Shown: positions 20,288 through 29,777, numbered from the stretch's first letter. The stretch: 64,000 bases of DNA from an uncultured bacterium (GCA_949300345.1 CASGDR010000001.1:328695-392694); one strand, 5' to 3'. Program-made: numbers and translations. The notes: generated by a model not told the origin, from the sequence alone.

Positions 20288-20320
20288 ACGAAAACCCCGA
20301 CACAATCGGGGCTTTTTTCG
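20288..20320 (-). terminator. rho-independent terminator downstream of tRNA-Glu (bidirectional hairpin)
   Basis: GCCCCGA-ttgtg-TCGGGGT stem with T-runs on both strands. Confidence 0.5.
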
Positions 20321-20322
20321 AT

Positions 20323-20398
20323 TTGGTGACCCAGCCGGGAATCGAACCCGGGATTCAACCTTGAGAGGGTTGCGTCTTAGCCGCTTGACCACAGGGCC
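20323..20398 (-). tRNA. tRNA-Glu (anticodon CTC)
   Basis: Reverse complement gives GGCCCTGTGGTCAAGCGGCTAAGACGCAACCCTCTCAAGGTTG ... CCGGGTTCGATTCCCGGCTGGGTC-A-CCA. Anticodon loop CTCTCAA; one acceptor mismatch. Confidence 0.7.
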
Positions 20399-20419
20399 GC
20401 GCAGGCTATTAAAGCACCT

Positions 20420-22066
20420 TTAGAAAGGCTCTTCAAGCCGAATCGTGGTCCGATCCTTGCCTAAGATGGAAATAACCTCAAAGAGGTTGGGCGAATTGCG
20501 GCTCCCGGTGATGGCGACCCTGAGAAGGCTAGCGGCATCAGCCATATTGCCTTTGAAGGAATCGGGGTTGGCCTTATATTCCTTGTTGGCGATGGCAAAG
20601 CCTTCTTTGGCAGCTATTTCCTTCACGGAATTCCACCAGGTGGCTTCGTCCTCATAGGACATACCATCTGATACCTTCTTCAGGAAGGACTTGATGAAAT
20701 CGCGGTCGAACTTCTCATCATAAGGCAGTCCGCCTTCCTTGATCTTTAGGAATTCATCATCATAGAAGAAGCGGGTCGAAGCCTCGATATCCGAATATTT
20801 GGCATAGTCTTTGCGGGGATTCTGCCTTTCTTTTTCAATATCCAAGACCTTGGAGAAATAGATGGGATCTCGGTTGATTTTCTCCAGCAAAGTGGGCGAA
20901 TAGGAACTGGCCCAGGCTTTGACCTTCTCAACTAGGGGCATGCCCTTTTCCTTGGCCAAGACCTCTTTGGAGAAGTAATTGAGCTTATCCAAATCAAACA
21001 ACGCTCCATCCAAGGACATCTTGGAGAAGGAGAACGGGAACTTGTCGAGGTCATAGCCATTTTCGAATGACCATTCCTCGAAGTTGGAGTTGGCAATCGA
21101 CATCAGATATACCAAAACCGCATGTTCTGGATAACCCTGCTCCATGAAGTAACCGACCGAGGCTTCGGGATCCTTTCGTTTGGAAAGCTTCCTCTTGTTG
21201 CCGTGGTCGAGCTTCATGATGACCGGGAGATGGGCGTATCTAGGCGGCTGCCAGCCAAAATCCTTGAATAGCTGCAGATGGATGGGGGTCGAAGGAATCC
21301 ACTCCTCGCCCCTGGACACCACTGTCGTTCCCATCAGATGGTCGTCCATGACGTGGGCAAAATGATAGGTTGGCAAACCGTCCCTTTTAAGGATGACGAT
21401 GTCCATGCCGTTATCCTGGAGTTCGATATGTCCCCTGATGAGGTCATCGAAAGAGGTCTTTTGGTTGGGATCGCCCAAGGATTTGTAGCGGATGACATAA
21501 GGTTCTCCAGACTTGACCCGGGCCTCAACTTCCTCAAGCGGGAGGTTGCGGTCCCTGGCATAGACGCCATAGTAGCCGGGAAGCACCTTGTTCTCTTCCT
21601 GGACTTTCTTGATGGCGGCCAAATCCTCGGGGGTGGCGAAATCGACATAGGCTCTTCCCCTTTCAAGCAAATGCTTGACCCCGATCTTATAAATGTTTTC
21701 CCTCAATGACTGACGGTAGGGCCCATACTCACCTTTATCGCCCTCGGGGTAATAGCCCTCGTCAGGGACGATGCCGAAGGAAAGCAGTTGGGAGACGAGT
21801 TCCCTATCGCTTCCTTCGATGGTTCTTTTGGTATCGGTGTCTTCAAGGCGGAAGATATAGACTCCATCCGTGCTTTTGGCCAGCACATGGGCAATCATCG
21901 CGGTAAAGAGGCTTCCGGTATGCAAAAAGCCGGTCGGAGAGGGGGCAAAGCGGCTAACGACCGCACCCCCTTTGAGCTGCCTTTTCGGGTACTTGGCGAG
22001 CAGTTGCTCAAGGCTGGTAGTGACCTCTGGCAGCAGGAGGTCGGCAATGGTTTTGTAGTCTGGCAT
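20420..22066 (-). CDS. gltX: glutamate--tRNA ligase
   Basis: HIGH motif RFAPSPTGFLHTG, KMSKS motif KLSKRK; 548 aa including a C-terminal anticodon-binding extension. Confidence 0.85.
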   Translation of the reverse strand: MPDYKTIADLLLPEVTTSLEQLLAKYPKRQLKGGAVVSRFAPSPTGFLHTGSLFTAMIAHVLAKSTDGVYIFRLEDTDTKRTIEGSDRELVSQLLSFGIVPDEGYYPEGDKGEYGPYRQSLRENIYKIGVKHLLERGRAYVDFATPEDLAAIKKVQEENKVLPGYYGVYARDRNLPLEEVEARVKSGEPYVIRYKSLGDPNQKTSFDDLIRGHIELQDNGMDIVILKRDGLPTYHFAHVMDDHLMGTTVVSRGEEWIPSTPIHLQLFKDFGWQPPRYAHLPVIMKLDHGNKRKLSKRKDPEASVGYFMEQGYPEHAVLVYLMSIANSNFEEWSFENGYDLDKFPFSFSKMSLDGALFDLDKLNYFSKEVLAKEKGMPLVEKVKAWASSYSPTLLEKINRDPIYFSKVLDIEKERQNPRKDYAKYSDIEASTRFFYDDEFLKIKEGGLPYDEKFDRDFIKSFLKKVSDGMSYEDEATWWNSVKEIAAKEGFAIANKEYKANPDSFKGNMADAASLLRVAITGSRNSPNLFEVISILGKDRTTIRLEEPF

Positions 22067-22162
22067 GGTTTTCCGAGCACTATTCTAACGAAGAGCACTA
22101 CCCAAAACCATCTTGATTGCAAACTTGAGGGTGTTTATAATGGCGAAGCCCTTCGGGGCAAT

Positions 22163-22236
22163 GCAAGTGTAGTTCAATGGTAGAACATTACCTTGCCAAG
22201 GTAAATACGCGGGTCCGATTCCCGTCACTTGCTCCA
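22163..22236 (+). tRNA. tRNA-Gly (anticodon GCC)
   Basis: GCAAGTGTAGTTCAATGGTAGAACATTACCTTGCCAAGGTAAAT ... GGGTCCGATTCCCGTCACTTGC-T-CCA. Perfect acceptor stem, CCA encoded. Confidence 0.8.
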
Positions 22237-22248
22237 CTTGGCACTCTC

Positions 22249-22272
22249 CCCCGACCGCGTCGGGGTTTTTCT
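22249..22272 (+). terminator. rho-independent terminator after tRNA-Gly(GCC)
   Basis: CCCCGAC-cgc-GTCGGGG followed by TTTTTCTT. Confidence 0.5.
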
Positions 22273-22421
22273 TACCTCCCCTTTCTAATCTCGCTCTTTA
22301 ATGCTAGATTTCCCACGTCTTATATATAAAAGGACAAGGCTGACTTCCCCTACTTCAAGCATACGAAGCATCTAGCCAAAGGCATGAATATAGAAGCCAT
22401 TGCCCATCTGGAGGCCCTGAA

Positions 22422-23009
22422 ATGAAAACCGAAATAATGCTAGCGACCAATAACGAAGGAAAACTCCAGGAGTTCCGCGACATCCTTTCCCCCTTAGGCT
22501 ATCTGGTCTATTCGCCCAAGGACCTGAATCTGGATTTCGATCCCATCGAAAACGGGAAGGACTTCAGGGAGAACGCTCTCATCAAGGCCAAGGCGGCATC
22601 TAAAATCGCCGACTTCCCCGTCATCGCGGATGACTCGGGCCTATGCATCCATGACCTAAATGGTTTCCCGGGCCTTACTACGGCAAGGTATCTCAAGGAA
22701 ATGGGATCTTTGGATGGGGTTTTGCGGGATATTGGCTCCAGATTGCCTCCCGATTCGAAAAGAGAAGCCACTTTCGAATGTACCATCTGCCTCATCGAAC
22801 ATAAGGGCAATAAACCCCTATTCTTCGAGGGCCATTGCCCAGGCATCCTGCTAAAGGAAAAGCGCGGTGGCCATGGCTTTGGCTATGACCCCATCTTCCA
22901 TAGCCTGGAACATGACCTAGACTTCGGGACCGCATCCGAAGAGGAAAAGAACAAAGTAAGCCATAGGGGCAAGGCCTTGGCAAAACTAGCCCTTTACCTA
23001 GCCATCTAG
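22422..23009 (+). CDS. rdgB: non-canonical purine NTP pyrophosphatase (RdgB/HAM1 family)
   Basis: ATNNEGKLQEF, ADDSGL, FGYDPIF and SHRGKAL motifs. GGAGG RBS. Confidence 0.85.
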   Translation: MKTEIMLATNNEGKLQEFRDILSPLGYLVYSPKDLNLDFDPIENGKDFRENALIKAKAASKIADFPVIADDSGLCIHDLNGFPGLTTARYLKEMGSLDGVLRDIGSRLPPDSKREATFECTICLIEHKGNKPLFFEGHCPGILLKEKRGGHGFGYDPIFHSLEHDLDFGTASEEEKNKVSHRGKALAKLALYLAI

Positions 23010-23716
23010 AATAGTCCGAGCACTCCTAGGTAGGCGAAGCAAAGAAGTAACTCGGCAATCAGATAAGTGAGCATGATGTAAAAATCCGGTCGTTTGCTTT
23101 TCAGCTTCTTAAACATGAATAGTCCGATGAGGCAGTCGCTTATCAAAAATAGGGTCGCTCCGAATAGGACAATCAGCCCTTCGAGGGAATAACCGAATTC
23201 CATCAAGGCTAGCGATAGGCCGAAATAGCCGCCGAGGATACCGAAATAAAGACCTCCGGCAAAGGAATAGAAAGCCGACTTCTTGGAAGCATAGAAAAGC
23301 CCCATCCCGAAGATGGCCGAGAAAAAGATGAAGGAACCGCCTAGATAGTGGACCACCATCTCTATAGTTACTCCCGCGGCGAAAAGCGAAGCGAAGCAAT
23401 AAAGGATGTGCGAAAGCATGAAAGAGATTCCGCCGAGGAGCAAGTAACCCCTTTTATCCTTGTAGATGATGAAGATATCCCCTAGTAAGGCAAAGGAAAG
23501 CCCTACGATATAGAGGATCGACTCCGTCCTCACAAAGACGATGAAAAAACAGGCTGCGATCAGAGCCAATAGGCAAAAGGGCTTGGCGATGCGCCTGGCT
23601 TTTTCTATAGGAATGAAGGCAAAGGCGAGTTCAAGGATGCTTACGAGTCCATATAGACCCAATAGCCCGTAGAAATATGGACTAAAGGAAGATATGTCAA
23701 TCAGCGTCCCGACCAT
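23006..23716 (-). CDS. YhhN-family membrane protein (lysoplasmalogenase-like)
   Basis: 236 aa, 8 TM helices, LLGDIFIIY and GGxSFMLSH motifs typical of YhhN. Confidence 0.55.
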   Translation of the reverse strand: MVGTLIDISSFSPYFYGLLGLYGLVSILELAFAFIPIEKARRIAKPFCLLALIAACFFIVFVRTESILYIVGLSFALLGDIFIIYKDKRGYLLLGGISFMLSHILYCFASLFAAGVTIEMVVHYLGGSFIFFSAIFGMGLFYASKKSAFYSFAGGLYFGILGGYFGLSLALMEFGYSLEGLIVLFGATLFLISDCLIGLFMFKKLKSKRPDFYIMLTYLIAELLLCFAYLGVLGLF

Positions 23717-24488
23717 GTTTCCTTTCTTCTTTGGCCCTCTTCTTCGCGGCCTTTTTCTCTAGGAAGGCCTTGTGTTCCGCCAGAGCCTTTTCCTTATAGG
23801 CAGCGATGGCTTCCTTCACGCCGATGCGCCTAGGATTGTTGAAAGGAAAAAGGAAGGAAACTTTCTTCTTTAGTTCCTTGCCCTTTTCGGCGAAAGCGAC
23901 CTTCATCTTTTCCCAGTGCGCGATGAAGTCCTTGGAGGTAATGGCCTTCTTGATCTTGCTGGCCAGATTGACGGACATACAGAAGTCGATGAGATGGATG
24001 CCGATGAAGATGCCGATGAATAAGGCGGAGACGGCCCCTCCTGAAGCAAACCAGACGGCGTATTGCATGAACAAGGGATGAAGGAGGGTCACATATATGG
24101 CGCTGGCAAGGAGCCAGAAGAAGGAAAACAAAGGACAGATAAGTCCCTGGAAGTTCCCCCACTGCTTGGAATAGTCCCATAGTTTAATGCGCATCCCCTT
24201 GACGAAGATGAGTCCGGCTATGTATTCGATGAAGGTAAGCAAGACTCCCAATAGCAATATCAAAAGGGTTTGGTCGAGCCACTGATACCCCGTATCGAAA
24301 TGCAAAAATTCGCAAAAGAGATAAAACAAAGCAAAGCCAAAGCCATATAAGGGAATGAAGGGACCGTAAAGAAAGCCCGGCTTGATCCATTTTTTGATGG
24401 AAACGAAACGCCGGAAGAAGACTTCCCCGACAAAGCCGATGATGCCCCCTAGCAAATACAGGGAGGCGATTTGCAAAAATTGGTCCAT
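23697..24488 (-). CDS. membrane protein, putative ABC-transporter type IV (CmpB/DUF1113-like) with a Lys-rich C-terminal tail
   Basis: IGFVGEVFFRRF ... KLWDYS motif, 4 TM helices. The C-terminal roughly 70 aa are a KEKALAEHKAFLEKKAAKKRAKEERK charged tail. Confidence 0.4.
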   Translation of the reverse strand: MDQFLQIASLYLLGGIIGFVGEVFFRRFVSIKKWIKPGFLYGPFIPLYGFGFALFYLFCEFLHFDTGYQWLDQTLLILLLGVLLTFIEYIAGLIFVKGMRIKLWDYSKQWGNFQGLICPLFSFFWLLASAIYVTLLHPLFMQYAVWFASGGAVSALFIGIFIGIHLIDFCMSVNLASKIKKAITSKDFIAHWEKMKVAFAEKGKELKKKVSFLFPFNNPRRIGVKEAIAAYKEKALAEHKAFLEKKAAKKRAKEERKHGRDAD

Positions 24489-24523
24489 ACTTGATATAAG
24501 GATAGCAAATAAGGAGCAAATCT

Positions 24524-25906
24524 ATGCCTAGCAAACGCTTGGGAGCCCGCAATTGGATTGCCATCATCCTCATCGGATTGGTGGGGCAGCTTAGTTGGGC
24601 CATTGAGAACAACTACATCAACCTTTGGGTCTACTCCCAAAGCCAAGATACCCTCTATGTCACCTTGATGACCATCACCAGCGCCCTCGCGGCCACCCTG
24701 ACCACCCTTTTCATGGGTTGTCTCTCCGACCGGTTTGGCAAGCGCAAGGTCTTCATCGCCGGAGGCTATATTGCCTGGGGCGTTTCCGTCTTCCTGTTTG
24801 GCCTTATCAACTACCATAACATGCTCAATCTAGTCGGCCCGGCCATGGCCATCACCATGGTGGGCACCTTCATGGTCCTGGCGGATATCCTGATGACCTT
24901 CTTCGGTTCCACCGCAAACGACGCCTGCTTTTCCTCATATCTCACCGATGTTGGGGATTCTAGCAACCGTTCCAAAATCGAATCCGTCAATGCCGTGCTG
25001 CCACTATTTGGAAACATTATCATCGTTTTGATCGCCGGGCTGATGGGCTGCGTCTCCTACCTTGATGACGTCGCCTTCCCCGAATCGGCCGATGAACTTT
25101 CCGGTCCCTGGTTCTACTTCTTCTTAGTCTTCGGCATCATCATCTTCGTGATGGGCGTCGCTAGCCTCTTCTTATTACCCAAAGACAAAATCGCCCCCAA
25201 CAAGGATGCCTCTTTTTGGACCAGCCTCACCTATGGCTTCCGTCCCAGCGTGGTAAAGGAAAAGAAGGTCCTCTACATCGCCTTAGTGGCCTTCATGGCC
25301 TATAACTGCGCGATCAATTCCTTCATGCCCTACTGGATGATCTATTTCCAGAATCCCTCCACTGCCGGAGGCGTGGGGCTAGAAGGCATGGATTTCTACA
25401 TCGCGGTCGGTTGCATCTTACTCATCGCTTCCATCATTGCCGTCGTCGGGGGCTTCTTCATGGACAAAATCGGAAGGATGAAAGTCCTTCTTCCGGCCCT
25501 GGGGCTTACGGTCTTGGGCTTCTTGCTCATATTCTTCGCCAAGAACATGGCCTTCCTTATCGTCTCGGGCATCATCATGATGAGCGGGTATCTTCTTTCC
25601 ACCGCGGTGCTCGGGGCCGAAATCAGGGATCTTACCCCCAAGGATAGGGTCGGGCTCTTCCAAGGGGTAAGGATGATATTCGTGGTCCTGATTCCCATGA
25701 TCATCGGCCCGGCCATCAGCCAATTGACCTTCTCGGTTTCGGCTGCCTATGTCGACTCCTATGGACAAACTGGTTCCCCGGCCCCCAACGGCTACATGTT
25801 CCTCGTGGCCTTGGGCTTTGCCCTACTGAGCCTTGCTCCCATCATCTGGCTCCTGTTGACCAAGAAAAAAGAGGCCGAAGCCCCTAAGCAAGCCAATCCC
25901 TGCTAA
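24524..25906 (+). CDS. MFS transporter
   Basis: 460 aa, 12 TM helices, GxLSDRFGKRK loop 2-3 motif. AAGGAG RBS. Confidence 0.75.
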   Translation: MPSKRLGARNWIAIILIGLVGQLSWAIENNYINLWVYSQSQDTLYVTLMTITSALAATLTTLFMGCLSDRFGKRKVFIAGGYIAWGVSVFLFGLINYHNMLNLVGPAMAITMVGTFMVLADILMTFFGSTANDACFSSYLTDVGDSSNRSKIESVNAVLPLFGNIIIVLIAGLMGCVSYLDDVAFPESADELSGPWFYFFLVFGIIIFVMGVASLFLLPKDKIAPNKDASFWTSLTYGFRPSVVKEKKVLYIALVAFMAYNCAINSFMPYWMIYFQNPSTAGGVGLEGMDFYIAVGCILLIASIIAVVGGFFMDKIGRMKVLLPALGLTVLGFLLIFFAKNMAFLIVSGIIMMSGYLLSTAVLGAEIRDLTPKDRVGLFQGVRMIFVVLIPMIIGPAISQLTFSVSAAYVDSYGQTGSPAPNGYMFLVALGFALLSLAPIIWLLLTKKKEAEAPKQANPC

Positions 25907-28185
25907 GCCCTATAGGTCACGGGGATAGGTTGCATATCCGAGAAATCGTAATTCCAGTTTTCGCCGAAGGAGAGACATTCTTCTTCGGTTTTGTCGATGG
26001 AAATCCCAAGGATGCCGCATTCGGTAAAAGCGGCCGAGCCGATATAGGAAATGCAGGCGGGAAGCTCGAGGATCTTGCTAGTGACATCGGAAAGGAGCAT
26101 GCCGCAGTTGGAGAAGGCCTCCTTATTGATGGAAACGGATCCCAATGAGTCCAAATCCGGCATCGTAAGCGCGTCGCAGTGACGGAAGGCGTAGCTTTCG
26201 ATTGCTAAGTTGCCGGTGCCGAGGAAAGACACGCTGGAGAGGGAAGTACAGAATTCGAAGGAAGCCTCGGCGATGGTCCTGCTAGCGATCTCTTCATAGG
26301 TGATGGAGGTTAGGCCAACCATGTTCCTAAAGGCATTGAAATGGACATTGGAAATCCAGCTGGAGATGGTAAAGGTGAAGGAATACTCGGCGCCTTTGAG
26401 GCTATTGAAGGCCGAACCTACGCTTGTGACATCCAGGTCGTTGCCCGCCCTATTGGTGGCAAGGCTATGGACATTCTCTTTGAAGTAGTCCGTCCAATCA
26501 GCGCTGACGGGAGCCGCCTCGCTCGGGGCATTGGAAGGGAAGGTAAGGCTTATATCTGAAAGTTCATAGTAATATCCGCTTGAGAGGCTGCCCTTAATAT
26601 CGAAGGAGGATACGATTTGGGTATCATCATAGAAGAAGCCAGCGGCCGTATTCCCGTAATCGGTAAAGGATGGATGGTCCTTTCCAAAGCAGGGATAAAG
26701 GATCAGGGGACGGGTGATGCTGGAAACATCGACCTTTTGATAAATAAGGCTTTCGCTGGAAAGTTCCGTATAGTCCAAGAAGGTGTGGCCGCTCAGGCTG
26801 GGGTCTTTGACATAAAGGGGTTCCCCGTATTCGACTTCATAGACCGTTTCGGTGATGCTTTCTGAGGAATAATCGTCGACGATGGTGACTTCCACCAAGG
26901 ACTTGGACTCAGACAAACTGACGGCAACATCAACGTCCCCTCCGATCTTCCTAAGGTAGGCATCGTCATAAAGGAAATCGATGACATAGCCCTCGCTTAG
27001 CTGATAGCCCACATCCTGGATGGCCAAACTGGAAACGACCGTATCCTCGGACATAAGCTCCGAGGTGACATTTACCACCACGCCATAGGTACCATCTGAT
27101 GTTTCTTGATAGGTAAAGCCAAGGCTCACGGCCGAGCCGAATTCGATGCCGTTTTCCAAAGTCGCACTCCTAAGGTTGCCTTCCCCGTCGGTGATGGAGA
27201 CGGTCAGGTCATATTTCTCGGGAACCGTATCGGAGAAGATGGCTTCCAAGTCGAACTCAAAGGAATTGGCCAAATCCCCCAAGTGGAACCAGCCCAGTTC
27301 GTTTGAATCTTTGACATTGAGGCAAAGCCATAGTGGGTATAGGAAAGTACCGTCTTCTCCCTTAGAGGAAAAATCGACATAAAATCCCCCGGCTATATCG
27401 CCGCTTGCCAAAGTGGGATTGCCTTCTCCTTCGCGGTAAGCGGTGGCCAAGTAGACGCCTTCCACATAGCCGGCCCGGGTATCTTCTATAACACCATAGC
27501 CAAGGAAGTCGCTGGTGTAGCCCGGATCAAGGTAGCCGGTCGGCTTATCGTCGGTCCCCCCGCCTAGATTGGCCCCGGGGTAATCGATGTGCTGGGTGGT
27601 TCCGCTTTGCCCATAGGCTTCTAGGTCCTTCACGGTAATCGGGGTATTGCCGATGATAGTGCGGGTAGTCTCCCCGCTTTCACTAACGGTAGTCCTTCTA
27701 AGGTAATTGGCTCCGTCTTTGAAGGTAACCTTGAATTCATAGAAGGCATCATCGAATACAGGGGTGGCCGAGCAATCGGCCAAGACATTGTTGGGATCGA
27801 CCTTGGTCCCTGAGATATCGATGCTGGAAGAACTCGAAGCGGATTCGTCGGAAATGAGTGTTCCATCGGGATAATTACCGTAATCCCAACCCTCGAATGA
27901 GCGGTAGGCCCCCACCTCGGGAATGATGCCCGAGAGGTCTATTTCATCATAGGTAACCGTGGTTCCGGAACTATCGCTGACGGGTCGGTAATAGGTGGGT
28001 GATCCCGGCACGACATAGTCGATGCCCACCAGTTTGGCCCCATTTGGATTGTTGTCGTAATAGGAGACGACGGCAAAACGGCTAGGGTCGGTGGCCGTCG
28101 AACAGGAAACAAGACCTACACCACCTAGCACAGCTAGACACAAAGCAAAGATTCGGCGGGCATTTGCCATGCCAATATTATCCAT
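25903..28185 (-). CDS. surface lipoprotein with C-terminal BspA-type leucine-rich repeats
   Basis: Lipoprotein signal peptide MANARRIFALCLAVLGGVGLVSC. Long Ser/Thr/Gly/Tyr-rich beta-rich region. The C-terminus has repeats of the type FxxCxxLTSITxxxxxxxIxxxAFxxC (BspA-like LRR). Confidence 0.65.
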   Translation of the reverse strand: MDNIGMANARRIFALCLAVLGGVGLVSCSTATDPSRFAVVSYYDNNPNGAKLVGIDYVVPGSPTYYRPVSDSSGTTVTYDEIDLSGIIPEVGAYRSFEGWDYGNYPDGTLISDESASSSSSIDISGTKVDPNNVLADCSATPVFDDAFYEFKVTFKDGANYLRRTTVSESGETTRTIIGNTPITVKDLEAYGQSGTTQHIDYPGANLGGGTDDKPTGYLDPGYTSDFLGYGVIEDTRAGYVEGVYLATAYREGEGNPTLASGDIAGGFYVDFSSKGEDGTFLYPLWLCLNVKDSNELGWFHLGDLANSFEFDLEAIFSDTVPEKYDLTVSITDGEGNLRSATLENGIEFGSAVSLGFTYQETSDGTYGVVVNVTSELMSEDTVVSSLAIQDVGYQLSEGYVIDFLYDDAYLRKIGGDVDVAVSLSESKSLVEVTIVDDYSSESITETVYEVEYGEPLYVKDPSLSGHTFLDYTELSSESLIYQKVDVSSITRPLILYPCFGKDHPSFTDYGNTAAGFFYDDTQIVSSFDIKGSLSSGYYYELSDISLTFPSNAPSEAAPVSADWTDYFKENVHSLATNRAGNDLDVTSVGSAFNSLKGAEYSFTFTISSWISNVHFNAFRNMVGLTSITYEEIASRTIAEASFEFCTSLSSVSFLGTGNLAIESYAFRHCDALTMPDLDSLGSVSINKEAFSNCGMLLSDVTSKILELPACISYIGSAAFTECGILGISIDKTEEECLSFGENWNYDFSDMQPIPVTYRA

Positions 28186-28287
28186 GCATCCATTTGGGCC
28201 TTCAAACCTTTTCTATCTAAGAAAAGGCACATTGAATGACTACCCTAGATGGGTTATAGTTATCACCGCTTAAGTAAGGAAATCTAC

Positions 28288-28743
28288 ATGAAAACCCGCA
28301 ATGTCAGCAAAATCCTAGGCCTATTGGCCTTCGTCCTCGGAGTCATCTCCGTTCTACTATGGTTCGGTCCGGCCTTTGATTCGGACGGACAACCCGGCAG
28401 CCTCTTCCAATTCGCCTTTGCGATCGAAGACCGCGGCTATGAGGCTAACCCCTATCTCATCATCGCCTTCGCTATCCTGGTGCTTGGCTCCCTCTCTTGC
28501 CTGGGCATCGGCTCATTCAAAGGCAAGGGTGCCATCACTTTGGGAGTCATCTCCGTCCTGCTTCTTCTAGCCGGCGGCGTGCTCACCTTGCTGGTGAAGA
28601 CCTTCTTCATGCTCAATAACCCCAATCCCACTCCGTGGACCGACGGGGGCCTAGGCACCGGCACCATCTGCTCGGCCGTGTTCGCCTTCATCGGGGTCAT
28701 CTTCGCCTTCTTGGGTTCAAGGTCGGCCTCCCATAAGGAATAA
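28288..28743 (+). CDS. hypothetical membrane protein
   Basis: The ATG at 28288 with AAGGAAA upstream gives 151 aa with 4 TM helices. The track ORF starts further upstream at 28249. Confidence 0.45.
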   Translation: MKTRNVSKILGLLAFVLGVISVLLWFGPAFDSDGQPGSLFQFAFAIEDRGYEANPYLIIAFAILVLGSLSCLGIGSFKGKGAITLGVISVLLLLAGGVLTLLVKTFFMLNNPNPTPWTDGGLGTGTICSAVFAFIGVIFAFLGSRSASHKE

Positions 28744-28765
28744 GACAAAAACAAACAAAAGGACA

Positions 28766-28788
28766 GGGACTACGGTCCCTTTTCTTTT
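28766..28788. terminator. hairpin terminator between convergent genes
   Basis: GGGAC-tacg-GTCCC followed by TTTTCTTTT; T-rich on the minus side as well. Abuts the vsr stop codon. Confidence 0.4.
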
Positions 28789-29212
28789 ATCCTGAATATC
28801 CTCTTGAGATATAGGCCTCAAGGACCTTCTTGGCGCAGCCCTCGGCGTCCTTTTCGATTTCCTTGCCCCAGAACCTCAAGACGATATAGCCCTGCCTTTT
28901 TAGTTCTTCGTTTACTTCCTTGTCGCGCTCGATGTTGCGGGCGATCTTCTTGAGCCAGTATTCCTTGTTCCACTTCAGCTTCTTGGAGGCTTCCTCGAAG
29001 TCCTTGCCATGCCAGAATTCCGAATCGCAGAAGACGGCAACCTTGTATTTCTTGCTGCTTAGATCGGGATGGCCATAGACGTATTTGGAATTCAAACGAT
29101 AGGAAAGCCCGAGGGCGCGTACGGCCTTGCGGAGCTTGATTTCGATCTTGGTGTCCTTGCCCTTGATCCTGCTCATGGTGAAGCTGACCGACTGGGGATC
29201 TAGATGGTTCAT
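28787..29212 (-). CDS. vsr: very-short-patch-repair endonuclease
   Basis: SRIKGKDTKIEIKLRKAVRALGLSYRLNSK ... GHPDL ... VAVFCDSEFWHG ... RDKEVNEELKRQGY: the Vsr family pattern. The track ORF starts on TTG at 29287; the ATG chosen is at 29212, with an alternative at 29176. Confidence 0.7.
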   Translation of the reverse strand: MNHLDPQSVSFTMSRIKGKDTKIEIKLRKAVRALGLSYRLNSKYVYGHPDLSSKKYKVAVFCDSEFWHGKDFEEASKKLKWNKEYWLKKIARNIERDKEVNEELKRQGYIVLRFWGKEIEKDAEGCAKKVLEAYISRGYSG

Positions 29213-29240
29213 GCTGACGGGAAGCACTATAATTTGGACC

Positions 29241-29777
29241 ATGAGAATCCGCAAGGGAACACTCGAAGATCTAGAGGCCCTAACCAAGCTCCTGTGCCGG
29301 GTGGAAGCCGATGCCTATTATAATGACGACGACTTCTATTCCCTCTCCTCCCCTTCTAGGGAAGAACTATCTCAGGAACTTGAAGAAGGCCGCAATGTCC
29401 TGCTATATGAAAACAGGCGGATTTTAGCCTATTTCTCCTACACTTATGACATGATGGAAGCCTTCTTTCCTAGTAAAGGAAGACAAATGGATATCGAAGA
29501 TCTGCTGGAGACCATCAATTACGTAAGCGATGGCTATGTCATCGTCAAAAGGCTGGCAGTCGATCCTTCCTATAAGAATAGGGGCTATGGCCTATTGCTG
29601 CTCAATTCCATGAGCGAGCGCTTCCGCGACAAGGTATTGCTCGGGTATGCCTATAATAAATCCAAGGACCTGATCGATATATATGAGGCCAAGGGCTTCA
29701 AAAACCATGGGCCGTATTCCTTCAAGCTGCTTGATAAGCCCGAGGGCGAATACTATCTATTCAGCAAACGCTACTAG
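29241..29777 (+). CDS. GNAT-family N-acetyltransferase
   Basis: The track ORF begins at a TTG at 29127; the first ATG at 29241 (MRIRKGTLEDLE...) gives 178 aa. Motif A is VKRLAVDPSYKNRGYGLLLL. Divergent from vsr. Confidence 0.6.
   Translation: MRIRKGTLEDLEALTKLLCRVEADAYYNDDDFYSLSSPSREELSQELEEGRNVLLYENRRILAYFSYTYDMMEAFFPSKGRQMDIEDLLETINYVSDGYVIVKRLAVDPSYKNRGYGLLLLNSMSERFRDKVLLGYAYNKSKDLIDIYEAKGFKNHGPYSFKLLDKPEGEYYLFSKRY

Noticed and set aside
22067-22160. Possible T-box leader upstream of gltX
   Set aside because: Only about 95 nt are available between gltX and the tRNA-Gly gene, and no T-box consensus (GGGTGGTACCGCG) is present.
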